A stretch of DNA of 64,000 bases from Sedimentisphaeraceae bacterium JB056 (lineage in GTDB: Bacteria; Planctomycetota; Phycisphaerae; Sedimentisphaerales; Sedimentisphaeraceae), in the NCBI GenBank assembly GCA_044440125.1, contig JBITAJ010000011.1, positions 1 to 64,000 of the forward strand, written 5' to 3'. Made by a program: the position numbers and the translations under genes. Shown here piece after piece: positions 48,512 through 58,499 of this stretch (the first letter of the stretch is position 1; each line of letters starts with the position of its first letter). The notes below the pieces were generated by a model, which did not search any database, was not told the DNA's origin, and worked only from the letters and a program-made list of their open reading frames with translations.

Positions 48512-49645
48512 TCAGATAAATTTTGAATATTCATCCAGAAGGGCCATGAAATTTTCATATTTAGTACCGGTACAGACCGAATGGGTCGTGCCGAGAATAC
48601 AACCGCCATTCGGGGCCACCTCAGTCATGAACCTTCGGACATCGCTTCGTACATCTTCGGGGCTGCCATGGACGAGATTTTCAGTTTTGACACCGCCCCA
48701 AACGGCAAACTTTTTGCCGTAACCTTTCTGAACCTCCGCAATATCCATACCTGCGGAAGCTTGTATCGACTGGTAGCAATCGATGCCCATATCGGCAAAT
48801 ATATCCAGCATATCCCAGTTGTTGCCGCAGGAATGCTGCACGACAGGATAGCCCCGCCGCTTCAGATCGCTGATCCTTGCTGCGTGAGCTGCGAGAAACA
48901 GCTCCCTGAACGTTTGAGGATTTATCATCGGGCCTTTGGTACTGGAATAATCATCGCCAAGCAAGACTCCATGCTGACCGGGACGCAGGTATAACTCATT
49001 ATGAGTTATTGCCATATCCATCAGGCTCTTATATATCTGCTTTATTTCCTGCGGGCGGGTAGCTATCTCCATAAATCCCCGCTCCATTCCGCCTGCAAGA
49101 AGCCAGCCGGGACCGGGAGGCGCGGCGCCATCGAGAATAAAGCGATCCTCACCCAGGGCATCGATCAGGGCGTCTATAACCTCAAATCGCGACTGATCGG
49201 GCGGGATTATCTTGCCGTCCCAGCTTAAGGCCTCAACGCTGCAATCCTGTGTCCAGACACTCGGGTCGTGGATCATCACGATATCCCTGGTCGGAGGTGA
49301 ATATTTATAAACCCTGCCGGCCTTGTCTTCCCAGAGGTCATCATCTATTTTCCTGGGGTTTTCCGGTTCGTAATCACGCGGCGGGACATTGGCCACAAAA
49401 GTCGAGACAATATCTATTATATCCAGCTTCTTGTAAAGCTCTATGCCGTCGGCGATGAGACTTTCGACAACTTCCGCTCTCCTGCCTTCCCATAGAGCAA
49501 TCCGTATCTTCGCCTTAGCCCTCCAATAGGTTTCGCGGCCCAATACCTTTTCAGCGGTATCGGAATCGATGGCGAAGAATCCTATCGGCGGCCTGTCGGA
49601 TTTTTCAAGCCGCAAGGCCGTGAACGCTCTTTCCTGCGAATTCAT
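48512..49645 (-). CDS. Uroporphyrinogen decarboxylase/cobalamide methyltransferase (URO-D) family protein
   Basis: MNSQER....L....DRPP, GDD....GPMINP..F, HSCG, VWGG, GGCILG. Confidence 0.82.
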   Translation of the reverse strand: MNSQERAFTALRLEKSDRPPIGFFAIDSDTAEKVLGRETYWRAKAKIRIALWEGRRAEVVESLIADGIELYKKLDIIDIVSTFVANVPPRDYEPENPRKIDDDLWEDKAGRVYKYSPPTRDIVMIHDPSVWTQDCSVEALSWDGKIIPPDQSRFEVIDALIDALGEDRFILDGAAPPGPGWLLAGGMERGFMEIATRPQEIKQIYKSLMDMAITHNELYLRPGQHGVLLGDDYSSTKGPMINPQTFRELFLAAHAARISDLKRRGYPVVQHSCGNNWDMLDIFADMGIDCYQSIQASAGMDIAEVQKGYGKKFAVWGGVKTENLVHGSPEDVRSDVRRFMTEVAPNGGCILGTTHSVCTGTKYENFMALLDEYSKFI

Positions 49646-49646
49646 A

Positions 49647-51635
49647 TCAGATGCCCTGTTCTTTCTCTATAACTATTACACTATGAATTTCCAGCTCTTC
49701 CAATGTAAAGGTGAGCAGACCCGCGCCAAATTCATATTCCAGCTCTTTGTTCCCAGGCTGTAAAACAACTTTAGAAGGTTTTGAATCAATCTTGACTGAT
49801 ACTTCTATATTCCTGAGAGTCGGTATTTCATTAAAAACGTGAATAAACTTATTGCTGTGCGGACCCGAAGTATTTATAAGATTGATAAAGAGCTTGTTTT
49901 CACGAGCACCCAGCGAAACATCGATATACTGCGAACCGCTTACCCTGATCATGGGATCAGTGAAAAGTTTATCCACAACTTTCTTCAAAAACTTTCTCAG
50001 AGCAGGCGTGGAATATTTCGAATAATTGTCGCCCATATCGAAATAAACACAGCCGATTTTGCCCTTGCCGTAATTCATTACAGAGGCCGCATCACAATAA
50101 TCCCCGTATATATCGTGGTCGGGATACAGCCTTCCTACAGCTTCATGGCCCTGAGCCGCTTTGAGCTTATAAGAAGAATTCAGCGTACACATCGTACGAT
50201 CATTTTCCAGCCATACGCTCTTTTTGAAAATTTCCGGCAGCGATATATTCAGTTCCTTTTCAAAGAGCTTTGCCGACGCCGTACCTATCAATAAAACGTT
50301 TCCGCCTTTGCTTGCATAATCGAGCAATTGAGATCGGAAAGTTTCGTCCATATATTCAACCTCAGGCACTACGACAAGGCCGTATTTATCCATCGAAGAG
50401 GCGAGATGATGCTCCGAAACCACATCAACGACATTCTGCGACTCCAAAAGACATTGCAGGATGCCGATCTGCGGCTGGCAGATATCGTCGGCCTCGATGA
50501 CAAACGGATCACGGGGAGCAAAAAGCTTCTTGTTTCTCCTGTAGTAATCGGTTGATGAATGGAGCATGGCAACCTGAGGAACCTGCTCAACCTGGAAACA
50601 GTATTCTTCCCTTTCACGGCAGAACTTGGTCACTTGCGACATAATATCCATATGCCACTGAGCAACAGAACCATCCCTCCTTGTCTGGGGGAAATAGAAT
50701 GTCATAGCACCGCCCTGAGCAATAGTTATCGCCGCCTCCTGCTTCATCTGCAAAGCGGACTTGGTATCGACATGGGTACCGGGCTTGAAAGCGAAGCTCC
50801 ACGCCATTATATCCCAAGGTTTGCCCTGATAAACAAGATAGCGGGAATCGAATCTCGAATGATCAAAACCGTTGAGCGGCACGACATCGCCTGAGAGAAA
50901 ATCAACATCTATATCAACAGGCTCGGGCATATAAGTGCTGTAGGCCCAATTGGTACAGACCTGGAACTCAGGCTTATATTCATGCAGCGCATCTACATAA
51001 TCCTTGAGATACTCCCTGTACTTGCTTCGGCAAAATTGGGTAAAATCAGCAAAACATGTTTCGTTATTCAGTATATCAGATTTAGTATTTCCTGTCTTCT
51101 TCTCATACTCTGCAAGAATCGCGGGGCGGAAATCCTGCGGGGCGACCCATGAGTCGCCGTCTACCCAGACACCGTCAACCCCGTATTCATCGATAAGCTC
51201 TTTCAGTTGGGGAACTAAAAGCTTCTCGCCAAACTGACCGGCATAAGAATTGATCTGATCACTTGCTTTTCCCTGCGAATCCACAAATCCCCAGTCGGGA
51301 TTATTCTGCACATTTTTCTTTGACCATAAACCGCAAAAATGCATTAACAACGGGATATTGTGCTCTGCCGTAACGTCCCGCCATATCCGCAACTGATCCT
51401 TGACGAAGCCGGGAGCGGGATTACCCACCTTTGTAGGATAACTGGATATCCCCGGATGGCCGCTGCAGTCGCATTGGATGTAGTCAGGTTTTACTTTGTC
51501 TATAATGTATTCAATGGTTTCTTCAGTAACCGTTTTGCCTATCTGGTCGCAGTCAAGATCGGCATGAAAATCAAAATGGAGTCCTAAAAATCCTTCGGCC
51601 CTTGAAACTTTTTTCTTTACGCTTTTACTACTCAT
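49647..51635 (-). CDS. Glycoside hydrolase, alpha-L-fucosidase-like, with trimerisation-like domain
   Basis: GLHFDFH, DYIQCD..GHPG..SYPT, DGVWVDGD; exact GH family uncertain. Confidence 0.65.
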   Translation of the reverse strand: MSSKSVKKKVSRAEGFLGLHFDFHADLDCDQIGKTVTEETIEYIIDKVKPDYIQCDCSGHPGISSYPTKVGNPAPGFVKDQLRIWRDVTAEHNIPLLMHFCGLWSKKNVQNNPDWGFVDSQGKASDQINSYAGQFGEKLLVPQLKELIDEYGVDGVWVDGDSWVAPQDFRPAILAEYEKKTGNTKSDILNNETCFADFTQFCRSKYREYLKDYVDALHEYKPEFQVCTNWAYSTYMPEPVDIDVDFLSGDVVPLNGFDHSRFDSRYLVYQGKPWDIMAWSFAFKPGTHVDTKSALQMKQEAAITIAQGGAMTFYFPQTRRDGSVAQWHMDIMSQVTKFCREREEYCFQVEQVPQVAMLHSSTDYYRRNKKLFAPRDPFVIEADDICQPQIGILQCLLESQNVVDVVSEHHLASSMDKYGLVVVPEVEYMDETFRSQLLDYASKGGNVLLIGTASAKLFEKELNISLPEIFKKSVWLENDRTMCTLNSSYKLKAAQGHEAVGRLYPDHDIYGDYCDAASVMNYGKGKIGCVYFDMGDNYSKYSTPALRKFLKKVVDKLFTDPMIRVSGSQYIDVSLGARENKLFINLINTSGPHSNKFIHVFNEIPTLRNIEVSVKIDSKPSKVVLQPGNKELEYEFGAGLLTFTLEELEIHSVIVIEKEQGI

Positions 51636-51648
51636 ATTTCCTTTACTC

Positions 51649-53106
51649 TCAGTATTTTTTTGAATTGGGATAAACTCTCTTCCAATCTCTCATGCCGAAA
51701 TCCCCTCTTCCAAGGCCGGTAAATTCTGGGACGACCTTATCAAGGTTGGCATCCACGATAGAAAGGGCAAGCTCTTTCTGAAGCAATGCATCAAGCCTTT
51801 CTTTCTGCCGGGCAAAAACCGGATTCAAAGCAAGATTATCCTGTTCGGCAGGGTCCTGCTTCAAATTGAACAGATGGGTGCTTCCGTTCCTGTAACGGCA
51901 GAGCTTCCACTCTTTGTCGGCTATCATAAAACCAAGGTCGCTGCAGCCGAATACGTATTCTCTACCTGCGGTGGCATTGCCACGGTCATCACATAGCCGT
52001 ATTGAATCGCAGCCGGTCACAGCCTCCAGACCGGCAAGGGTTAGAATAGTGGATGTTATATCGGTCAAGGAGACAAGCGAATCTACAGTTTGCGAACCGC
52101 TGCAAGAGGGGTGCTTTATCAACAACGGCACCCTCATGCTCGTCTCATAGAAATAATGCTTGCCCATAAGGTCATAGTCCCCAAGCAGATCGCCGTGGTC
52201 GGAAGCGAATATAATGACGGTATCCTTGAGCATATCACGCTTTTTGAGGCTTGAGATCATATTTCCGATCTGGTTGTCTATGATTTTTATCAATGTGCAG
52301 TAATGCGAGCGGAGACGGCGTTTGCAGTCTTCGGGAAAATCGCTGTAATCAAGTTGGCACCACTCGCCCTTAAAACCCTTGACGAAGAAGTCTTTGAACA
52401 CGCGGCTGTCGTCTGTGGCCGGGATGCTTGCCGGCATATCGGCTTCGTCAAATTCATTGGCAAAATCCGCGGGCGGATCATACGGACAGTGCGGCCCCGG
52501 GAAGCCCACCATCAATGCAAAGGGCTTTTCACTGTCGTAAGTATCGATAAACTCACACGCCTTGCCGCCGACCCAATTATCGATCTGATCGTCAAATTCA
52601 ACGCCCTGCGAGGCTCCCTTGTTCTCCGTATATCCGGGTTGTTCTACACCGTGGAGCCTTCTGAGACCCTTTGACTGGAGGTATTCGCTGTAGTCGTCCT
52701 GTATGTAGGTAAACCTTTTATCCTCGGCAATGATCCTATGCGTAAAGCCTTCGGAGGCATCCCACGGATAAAAATGCATCTTGCCTATGGCCTCTGTGTG
52801 ATAGCCGGCAGCGGCAAGCTTCTGCGGCCAGGTATCCACTCCGCATTCGCTGTGGTCGGGGCGAAGCCAGCAGTCGTTAAACATCACGCCGTTGCGGATG
52901 GCATTGCGGCCGGTCATCATCGCGGCTCTGGCAGGCACGCACAACGGATGGGGGCTCACGCAACGCTCGAAACGCAAGCCGTCTTCACAAATCGAATCGA
53001 TATTTGGAGTTTGTATAAAGTCCGCCCCGTAGCAGCTTAGGAAATCGGCCCTGAGCTGGTCGGGCAGGATAAACAGAATATTCTTTTTAGTCGTATTATC
53101 AATCAT
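51649..53106 (-). CDS. Sulfatase (cytoplasmic, Cys-type)
   Basis: NILFILPDQLR, CVPAR (CxPxR), GKMH, PHCPY, SDHGD. Confidence 0.92.
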   Translation of the reverse strand: MIDNTTKKNILFILPDQLRADFLSCYGADFIQTPNIDSICEDGLRFERCVSPHPLCVPARAAMMTGRNAIRNGVMFNDCWLRPDHSECGVDTWPQKLAAAGYHTEAIGKMHFYPWDASEGFTHRIIAEDKRFTYIQDDYSEYLQSKGLRRLHGVEQPGYTENKGASQGVEFDDQIDNWVGGKACEFIDTYDSEKPFALMVGFPGPHCPYDPPADFANEFDEADMPASIPATDDSRVFKDFFVKGFKGEWCQLDYSDFPEDCKRRLRSHYCTLIKIIDNQIGNMISSLKKRDMLKDTVIIFASDHGDLLGDYDLMGKHYFYETSMRVPLLIKHPSCSGSQTVDSLVSLTDITSTILTLAGLEAVTGCDSIRLCDDRGNATAGREYVFGCSDLGFMIADKEWKLCRYRNGSTHLFNLKQDPAEQDNLALNPVFARQKERLDALLQKELALSIVDANLDKVVPEFTGLGRGDFGMRDWKRVYPNSKKY

Positions 53107-53135
53107 TCAAATCTCTTTTTCCAGTTTCATTTATT

Positions 53136-55502
53136 CTATTTGACCTCGGCGGCTACCCTGAAGCCTATCCAGTTGGTCTTGCACCTCGGATAGCACTGGT
53201 TATTTCTCGATGCGCTCCTGAGATTGAAACCGTCCCCGTCGCCGTGGACATCGTCGATCCAGCTTCCGCCTTTAAGAGTCGTGCCCACCCGCATATTATC
53301 CTTGTCGGTCGCAGCTTTGGGGTCTATCTGTACGGTGCCGTCGTAATGGCCGTAATAGCTGCTCGTAAATTCCCATACGTTTCCGTGCATATCATAAAGA
53401 CCCCACGGATTGGGACACTTCTTACCGACCGGATGAGCGGAACCCTCGGCGTTTTTCTCGTACCAGGCATAATCGCTCAACCGGGAATTATCCGGGAAGC
53501 TGTACGGGGTTTGAGTACCGGCTCGGCAGGCATATTCCCACTGGGCCTCTGTCGGCAGGCTGTAGGTAATGCCCTCCTTATCTGAGAGCCACTCACAGAA
53601 GGCCCGGGCATCATCGATGTTTATGACGACAACGGGATGGTCTTCGCTCTGTTCGTATCCGGGGTTGCGCCAGTTCAGCTCGGCTATTTTTTCTTCTTTC
53701 TCCTGCTGTGAGAGCTTTGCGCGATTCCAGTTTGCGCTTACATTCTCGCCGCTCATAAATACGATCCAGTTTGAATTGTCTTCATCTTCCGCGGCGGTTT
53801 TATAACCGGTATCTTCCACAAACTCCCGGAACTGTGCCACGGTTACCTCGTGAATGCCGAGATAATACGGCTTGGTGATAAACACTTTGTGCGCGGGCGT
53901 TTCATCATAGCGTCCGTTATCGCTGCCCATAAAGAGCGAACCGGGTTCTATGAGAGTGAGCTTCATTCCTAAAGTGTTTACATAATCCTTCTCGGCGGGA
54001 ATATCAGCTTCATTCTGCGGTTTAACGTAATCTGCAAAATCATCGGTAACCGCCAGCCGCCAGCTCTTTCCGATATCCTCAGAGACCAGCATGGCATAGC
54101 CCTTCCTCTGGATGTTCGGGATCCTGACGCCGTTTATCTTATCATCGAGATCATCGGGCAGCTCAATATTCTCTTCGGGGAACATCTTCTGATATGCCCT
54201 GGCCTCATCGGGACGCAATTCCTGGTTTGAATACTGCGAATAGTTTATAAACAGGCGGCCGTAACGGTCTACATTGATCTTCTGATCCCAGTTGGCGTAA
54301 AGATTAGTGAACGGCTCGACCAGTATCTGCATCGGCTCCCATTCTTTGCCGGCAGGTTTTCTCTGATAGGCAAGATGCTGTTTAACACCCATGCCGCCCC
54401 ACCTGGAAACCAGATGCATATTATCATCATAATCGATGAGAAAGGCCGGATATGTATAATTCCTCTCGCCAAGAAGACGCTTCTGAACGCCTATTTCGAC
54501 CGGATTGGTCCATTTGTGAATATCCAAAGGCACGACGGAACGCATATATTTAAATGGCTCGTGATGGCTGCCGAGCAGAACGTGCAGATAACCCTTACTA
54601 TCAAGCTGAATAGCCGGCCAATTATGGATATCGATATATTCTCCGCCCAAACCAAGGAAAACCGGCTCGGAAACCTCACCGGTGCGGTGGTCGTAAACCC
54701 GTGCGAATGTCGAAGTCCCCTTCGTTTCATTACGTTTGGAGTAAGCAACATCTATGTAAGTAATATACGTCTTTTCACCTTTTGTTACCGTCGTATTGGT
54801 ATCGCCTGAATGAAAGGCATAAACCGCCCCCGAATCGCAAAGCTTTATCGGGTCGCGAAAAAAAATATCGCCTTTATCATCAAACTTGGGAACGATAAAC
54901 CATGAGGCATCGAGACCTTTTCTGACAAAACCGTAATTCTCGGTGGCAAGTATTGTCGGCGGGCCCGTTATTTCATTGAACACATCATTATGTTCAATGC
55001 TTACAAACCTGGGATTCATGGGTATCTCATAGCATTTCCAACTGCGACAATAATCATCGGATACCATATAAAGCGACTTGGTCATATTAGAACTGTTGGT
55101 ACCCGATGCCTGAATACTGATGAACATATAGGCCCTGCCGGCAGTATCGAAAACTATCGGCTCATCAACGCCTTCATTTATCAGATTTGTCATAGTTACA
55201 AAGTTGCCGTCCCATTTCGGGTAGGCCCTCTTGATTGAATCAGTGAAATCGAGTTTCAGCCATTCGCCGTTGTCATCGAGCGTCTGAACGTATTTATGCC
55301 TTCTTATATAGGGGCGGTTACGTTCATCGAAGGTTACCGTATTAGGCATAAAAGCGGGTTCATACCCGAAAAGCTCTTTTTCGAGCTGCCAGTATTTCTG
55401 ATGCACTATGGGGGTGTAAACATCTTTTGAGCATCTTCCGCTGATCTCGGAAGAAAAAACGGCAGACACTAAAAAGGCCAGACAGATCACATATTTAGTC
55501 AT
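53136..55502 (-). CDS. Secreted BNR-4/beta-propeller-like protein fused to an FGE-sulfatase (SUMF1-like) domain
   Basis: N-terminal half homologous to 61981-63516 (D.HN.PAI..DS.G..HV..G.HH.PF.Y); C-terminal NTLGM, LPTEAQWEYACRAG, PNPWGLYDMHGNVWE, IGFRV. Confidence 0.85.
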   Translation of the reverse strand: MTKYVICLAFLVSAVFSSEISGRCSKDVYTPIVHQKYWQLEKELFGYEPAFMPNTVTFDERNRPYIRRHKYVQTLDDNGEWLKLDFTDSIKRAYPKWDGNFVTMTNLINEGVDEPIVFDTAGRAYMFISIQASGTNSSNMTKSLYMVSDDYCRSWKCYEIPMNPRFVSIEHNDVFNEITGPPTILATENYGFVRKGLDASWFIVPKFDDKGDIFFRDPIKLCDSGAVYAFHSGDTNTTVTKGEKTYITYIDVAYSKRNETKGTSTFARVYDHRTGEVSEPVFLGLGGEYIDIHNWPAIQLDSKGYLHVLLGSHHEPFKYMRSVVPLDIHKWTNPVEIGVQKRLLGERNYTYPAFLIDYDDNMHLVSRWGGMGVKQHLAYQRKPAGKEWEPMQILVEPFTNLYANWDQKINVDRYGRLFINYSQYSNQELRPDEARAYQKMFPEENIELPDDLDDKINGVRIPNIQRKGYAMLVSEDIGKSWRLAVTDDFADYVKPQNEADIPAEKDYVNTLGMKLTLIEPGSLFMGSDNGRYDETPAHKVFITKPYYLGIHEVTVAQFREFVEDTGYKTAAEDEDNSNWIVFMSGENVSANWNRAKLSQQEKEEKIAELNWRNPGYEQSEDHPVVVINIDDARAFCEWLSDKEGITYSLPTEAQWEYACRAGTQTPYSFPDNSRLSDYAWYEKNAEGSAHPVGKKCPNPWGLYDMHGNVWEFTSSYYGHYDGTVQIDPKAATDKDNMRVGTTLKGGSWIDDVHGDGDGFNLRSASRNNQCYPRCKTNWIGFRVAAEVK

Positions 55503-55552
55503 AATTTTCCTTAAATTCAATTATTAGTCTCAAGCTGTATTTTCAAAGAGGG

Positions 55553-56986
55553 CTACTTCACACTCTCAAGATAATCGAGGAGTATCTTTTTAAGCTCGGC
55601 CGTCTTCTGCGGCATCTTTTCACTCAAGTCATTTTCTTCACCGATATCTTTGCTAAGGTCGTAAAGCTCGGTTCGTTTCAAATCGCCCTCTCTCGTCCAG
55701 AACAGCATAAGCTTGTAATTGCCCTGCCTGTATGCCGACTGCCCTTCAACGGTATCTCTGGCAGGCTTGGGCCTATGGAAAACCAAACCGTCGTTGGGTC
55801 GCTTGAATTCGTCAGTAAAATCTCCGGCAAGCAACGGACACAAGCTGATACCGTCAAGCTTCTGGGGTATCTGTTTTATGCCGCCGGTTATCTCATAGAA
55901 AGTCGGCAGCAGATCGTATCCGGCAACAGGAACCCTGCACAAGCCGCCTTTCTCAACTCCCGGTCCCTTGACTGCGAACGGCACGCGTATGCCGCCCTCG
56001 TAAAGATTCTGCTTATGCATCCTCAACGGATGATTTCTGTTTTTTTCGGGTGCATTCTGGTACCATATCTCCCAATGTTCACCGCCGTTATCGGAAGTGA
56101 AAAATATGTAGGTATTGTAGTCAATGCCGAGTTTTTCCACCTCATCAAGCAGCCTGCCGACATTCTCATCAAGTTCATCGATCATCGGGGCGATGCTTTT
56201 TATCACCTTCCTATCGGGCTGAGGTGCGTCTTTATACTCGTCAATAGTTTCCTGAGTGGCCCGGGAAGCGAGATGGATAGCATGATAGCTTACCTGCAAA
56301 TAAAACGGGTTGCCCTGCTTTGTTTGGCGGCGCATGAAATCTATCGATTTATCCGTCATGGAAAAGGTACGCTTGGGATCGGCGAAAGGCTCGCATTCAA
56401 GATTGATGTTCCACCTGCCGACGTCCCATTCCCTGAGATAGAAGCCGCCCTCATTGACACCTTCCATACCATCGCTCTCATCATAGCCCAGATGTGATGG
56501 ACTACCCGGAAGCTGGCTTTGCCTGTCTTTCCAAGTACCTGTTATAACCCCGCCCCACTTACCAAAATGAGCACATTTATAAGATGGGTCGGCTTGTTTG
56601 ATCGCCTGTGCAATCGACCATTTTCCGCTGGGGTCAAAAGCACCCTGAAATTCAGGAGCTTTTTGCCTTGCCGGAGTCATGCCAAACTGAATGCTTCGCC
56701 TTGTAGGAGTGCATATGGGAGCCGGAGCATAGGCATCGGTAAATCTCAAAGCTGATTTAGAGAATTTATTCATATTCGGAGTTTTGAAAGCCTTACAACA
56801 TGCTTCAGGAAATTGAGGGTCGAAAGGTATTGAAAGGTCTGCCCAACCCTGATCGTCGGTAAGTATAAATATAATATTGGGCTTTTTGTTTTTATCATCA
56901 TGTAAATCGAGAGACCGGCATCCGCCCAGCATTGCCGCCGCGGCAGAGGCCCCTGCCATTTTCAAAAAAGATCTTCTGCTTGTCAT
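55553..56986 (-). CDS. Sulfatase, Tat-exported (possible lipoprotein)
   Basis: SRRSFLK plus LGGC; PNIIFILTDDQGW, CTPTR, SDNGG, YEGGIRVP, ELYDL..D.GE. Confidence 0.92.
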   Translation of the reverse strand: MTSRRSFLKMAGASAAAAMLGGCRSLDLHDDKNKKPNIIFILTDDQGWADLSIPFDPQFPEACCKAFKTPNMNKFSKSALRFTDAYAPAPICTPTRRSIQFGMTPARQKAPEFQGAFDPSGKWSIAQAIKQADPSYKCAHFGKWGGVITGTWKDRQSQLPGSPSHLGYDESDGMEGVNEGGFYLREWDVGRWNINLECEPFADPKRTFSMTDKSIDFMRRQTKQGNPFYLQVSYHAIHLASRATQETIDEYKDAPQPDRKVIKSIAPMIDELDENVGRLLDEVEKLGIDYNTYIFFTSDNGGEHWEIWYQNAPEKNRNHPLRMHKQNLYEGGIRVPFAVKGPGVEKGGLCRVPVAGYDLLPTFYEITGGIKQIPQKLDGISLCPLLAGDFTDEFKRPNDGLVFHRPKPARDTVEGQSAYRQGNYKLMLFWTREGDLKRTELYDLSKDIGEENDLSEKMPQKTAELKKILLDYLESVK

Positions 56987-57029
56987 AAATTACCTTTTAT
57001 AAATTACATTCTCATCAATACTGTTAAAA

Positions 57030-58463
57030 TCAGTACGCGGTAAGCCAGTTTTGTGCAAAAAGCTTCATATCCTCAAGAGATACAACCCGGTCGAGATTTA
57101 TATCGGCTGCAAGCGGAGGATAAGACACCGACAAATTTCCGCTTCCAAGCACGATATTATCAATTCTGCCGTTGTGCGAAACGTCGATATAAAATTTCTC
57201 CCATTTGGACGGATTGTTCGATGAGGTGAAAGCGAGATCAACATTCTGCAATCCGGGAACCATCGAATAAGATGTTTCACCATTGGTCAAGTCCTTGATA
57301 AACAACGAGCCGGTATAGCTCTGGGTATCCATCTGGAGCCTTAACCTATACTGATGATTTCCCGCGACCGTATAGGAGTCGTCTGTGAGCACGGTTCCTC
57401 CGCCGGCTTTAGTAACGGCGCACTGCCACGAAGAGCTGTCGGCAGAGGGAGTAAAGCCGACATAAACACCGGCAAAAAACTTGGCCCAGAAACCGGCCCA
57501 TATATCATAACAACTGCCGGCATATTTTATCGGGGTTATATCAGCGGACATATACACATACCGATCCGAAGAAGCCAGGTTGTTTCCGGTGAAGTTCTTG
57601 CGATACTTCCCGGCAGGATTGCCGTATATTACAGAGGCCGCCTTGACGCCGGTCTCAAACTGCTCTATAAGTACATCTGAAGTAACCGAACCGTAAATAC
57701 TGTACCAACCGGCTGAGCTTATATCATCACCCAGCAGAGCACTCTCGAAGTCTTCTTCTGCGGCAAGCTTCAGCTGCCATTGGTCGGCTAACACGGAAAG
57801 ATCAACAAGATCATTGGAACGATCCCTGTTTATATCGTGCGGCGGAACATCCAGAAGCTGCATATCGTCGAGATAAAGAACAGTATAAGGATTCGGCCGG
57901 GCATAAAACAATTTAGCATAAAAGCCTACGCCGTCGATCTTGCCCAACCCGGCCGGGGTCTCGTATTCGTTGAAAGAAGTCAAAGGCATATCCAATCTTT
58001 TCCAGCCCTGCCAGTCGATCTTCAATGCCTTGTAATAGAAATCCTTCCAGTCGGTCTGCGGGCTATCGGAATGAAGAACGAGGTATATTTTCTGATTCGT
58101 TATCTCTTTTGAATATACCCAGAAAGCTATTGTATTGTAGCCGCTCCAGTCATGGTCTATATTCACTGTCGATAAAGACGGAAATTCATTAATCTGCGAC
58201 CATTTAAGACTGTACTGCCCCTGCTTAACATATTCATCGCTAAGCTCAGCGGCATTGCGGAGCCGGGAATACGAACCCGATTCAACACGCTCGCAGCGGA
58301 GCTCGGAGAGAACGAATTGGGACAGGTCCGCCTCAGTTACCCAGATATTCTGCGCGCTCTCAAAACCCATTACGTCCTGAGTTGAAACGGCAAAACAGCA
58401 TACGCTGAGAGAGAGAACCGTCAGCACGGCAAATCTACAATATGTATTTTTATTCATCTTCAT
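57030..58463 (-). CDS. Secreted protein: CBM-like beta-sandwich, dockerin-like motifs and an inserted module
   Basis: Signal peptide; DWSGY..IAFWVYS...DWQGW...LYLDD; dockerin-like DINRDRSNDLVDLSVLADQW and ADINLDRVVSLEDMKLFAQNWL. Confidence 0.75.
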   Translation of the reverse strand: MKMNKNTYCRFAVLTVLSLSVCCFAVSTQDVMGFESAQNIWVTEADLSQFVLSELRCERVESGSYSRLRNAAELSDEYVKQGQYSLKWSQINEFPSLSTVNIDHDWSGYNTIAFWVYSKEITNQKIYLVLHSDSPQTDWKDFYYKALKIDWQGWKRLDMPLTSFNEYETPAGLGKIDGVGFYAKLFYARPNPYTVLYLDDMQLLDVPPHDINRDRSNDLVDLSVLADQWQLKLAAEEDFESALLGDDISSAGWYSIYGSVTSDVLIEQFETGVKAASVIYGNPAGKYRKNFTGNNLASSDRYVYMSADITPIKYAGSCYDIWAGFWAKFFAGVYVGFTPSADSSSWQCAVTKAGGGTVLTDDSYTVAGNHQYRLRLQMDTQSYTGSLFIKDLTNGETSYSMVPGLQNVDLAFTSSNNPSKWEKFYIDVSHNGRIDNIVLGSGNLSVSYPPLAADINLDRVVSLEDMKLFAQNWLTAY

Positions 58464-58499
58464 TAGTTGATAACCCTGTAAAAAGCACGGTCGGTAAGA

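Noticed and set aside
53136..53330. FGE-type C-terminus as a diversity-generating retroelement target
   Set aside because: No reverse transcriptase, avd-like gene or adenine-variant template repeat was seen in the window.
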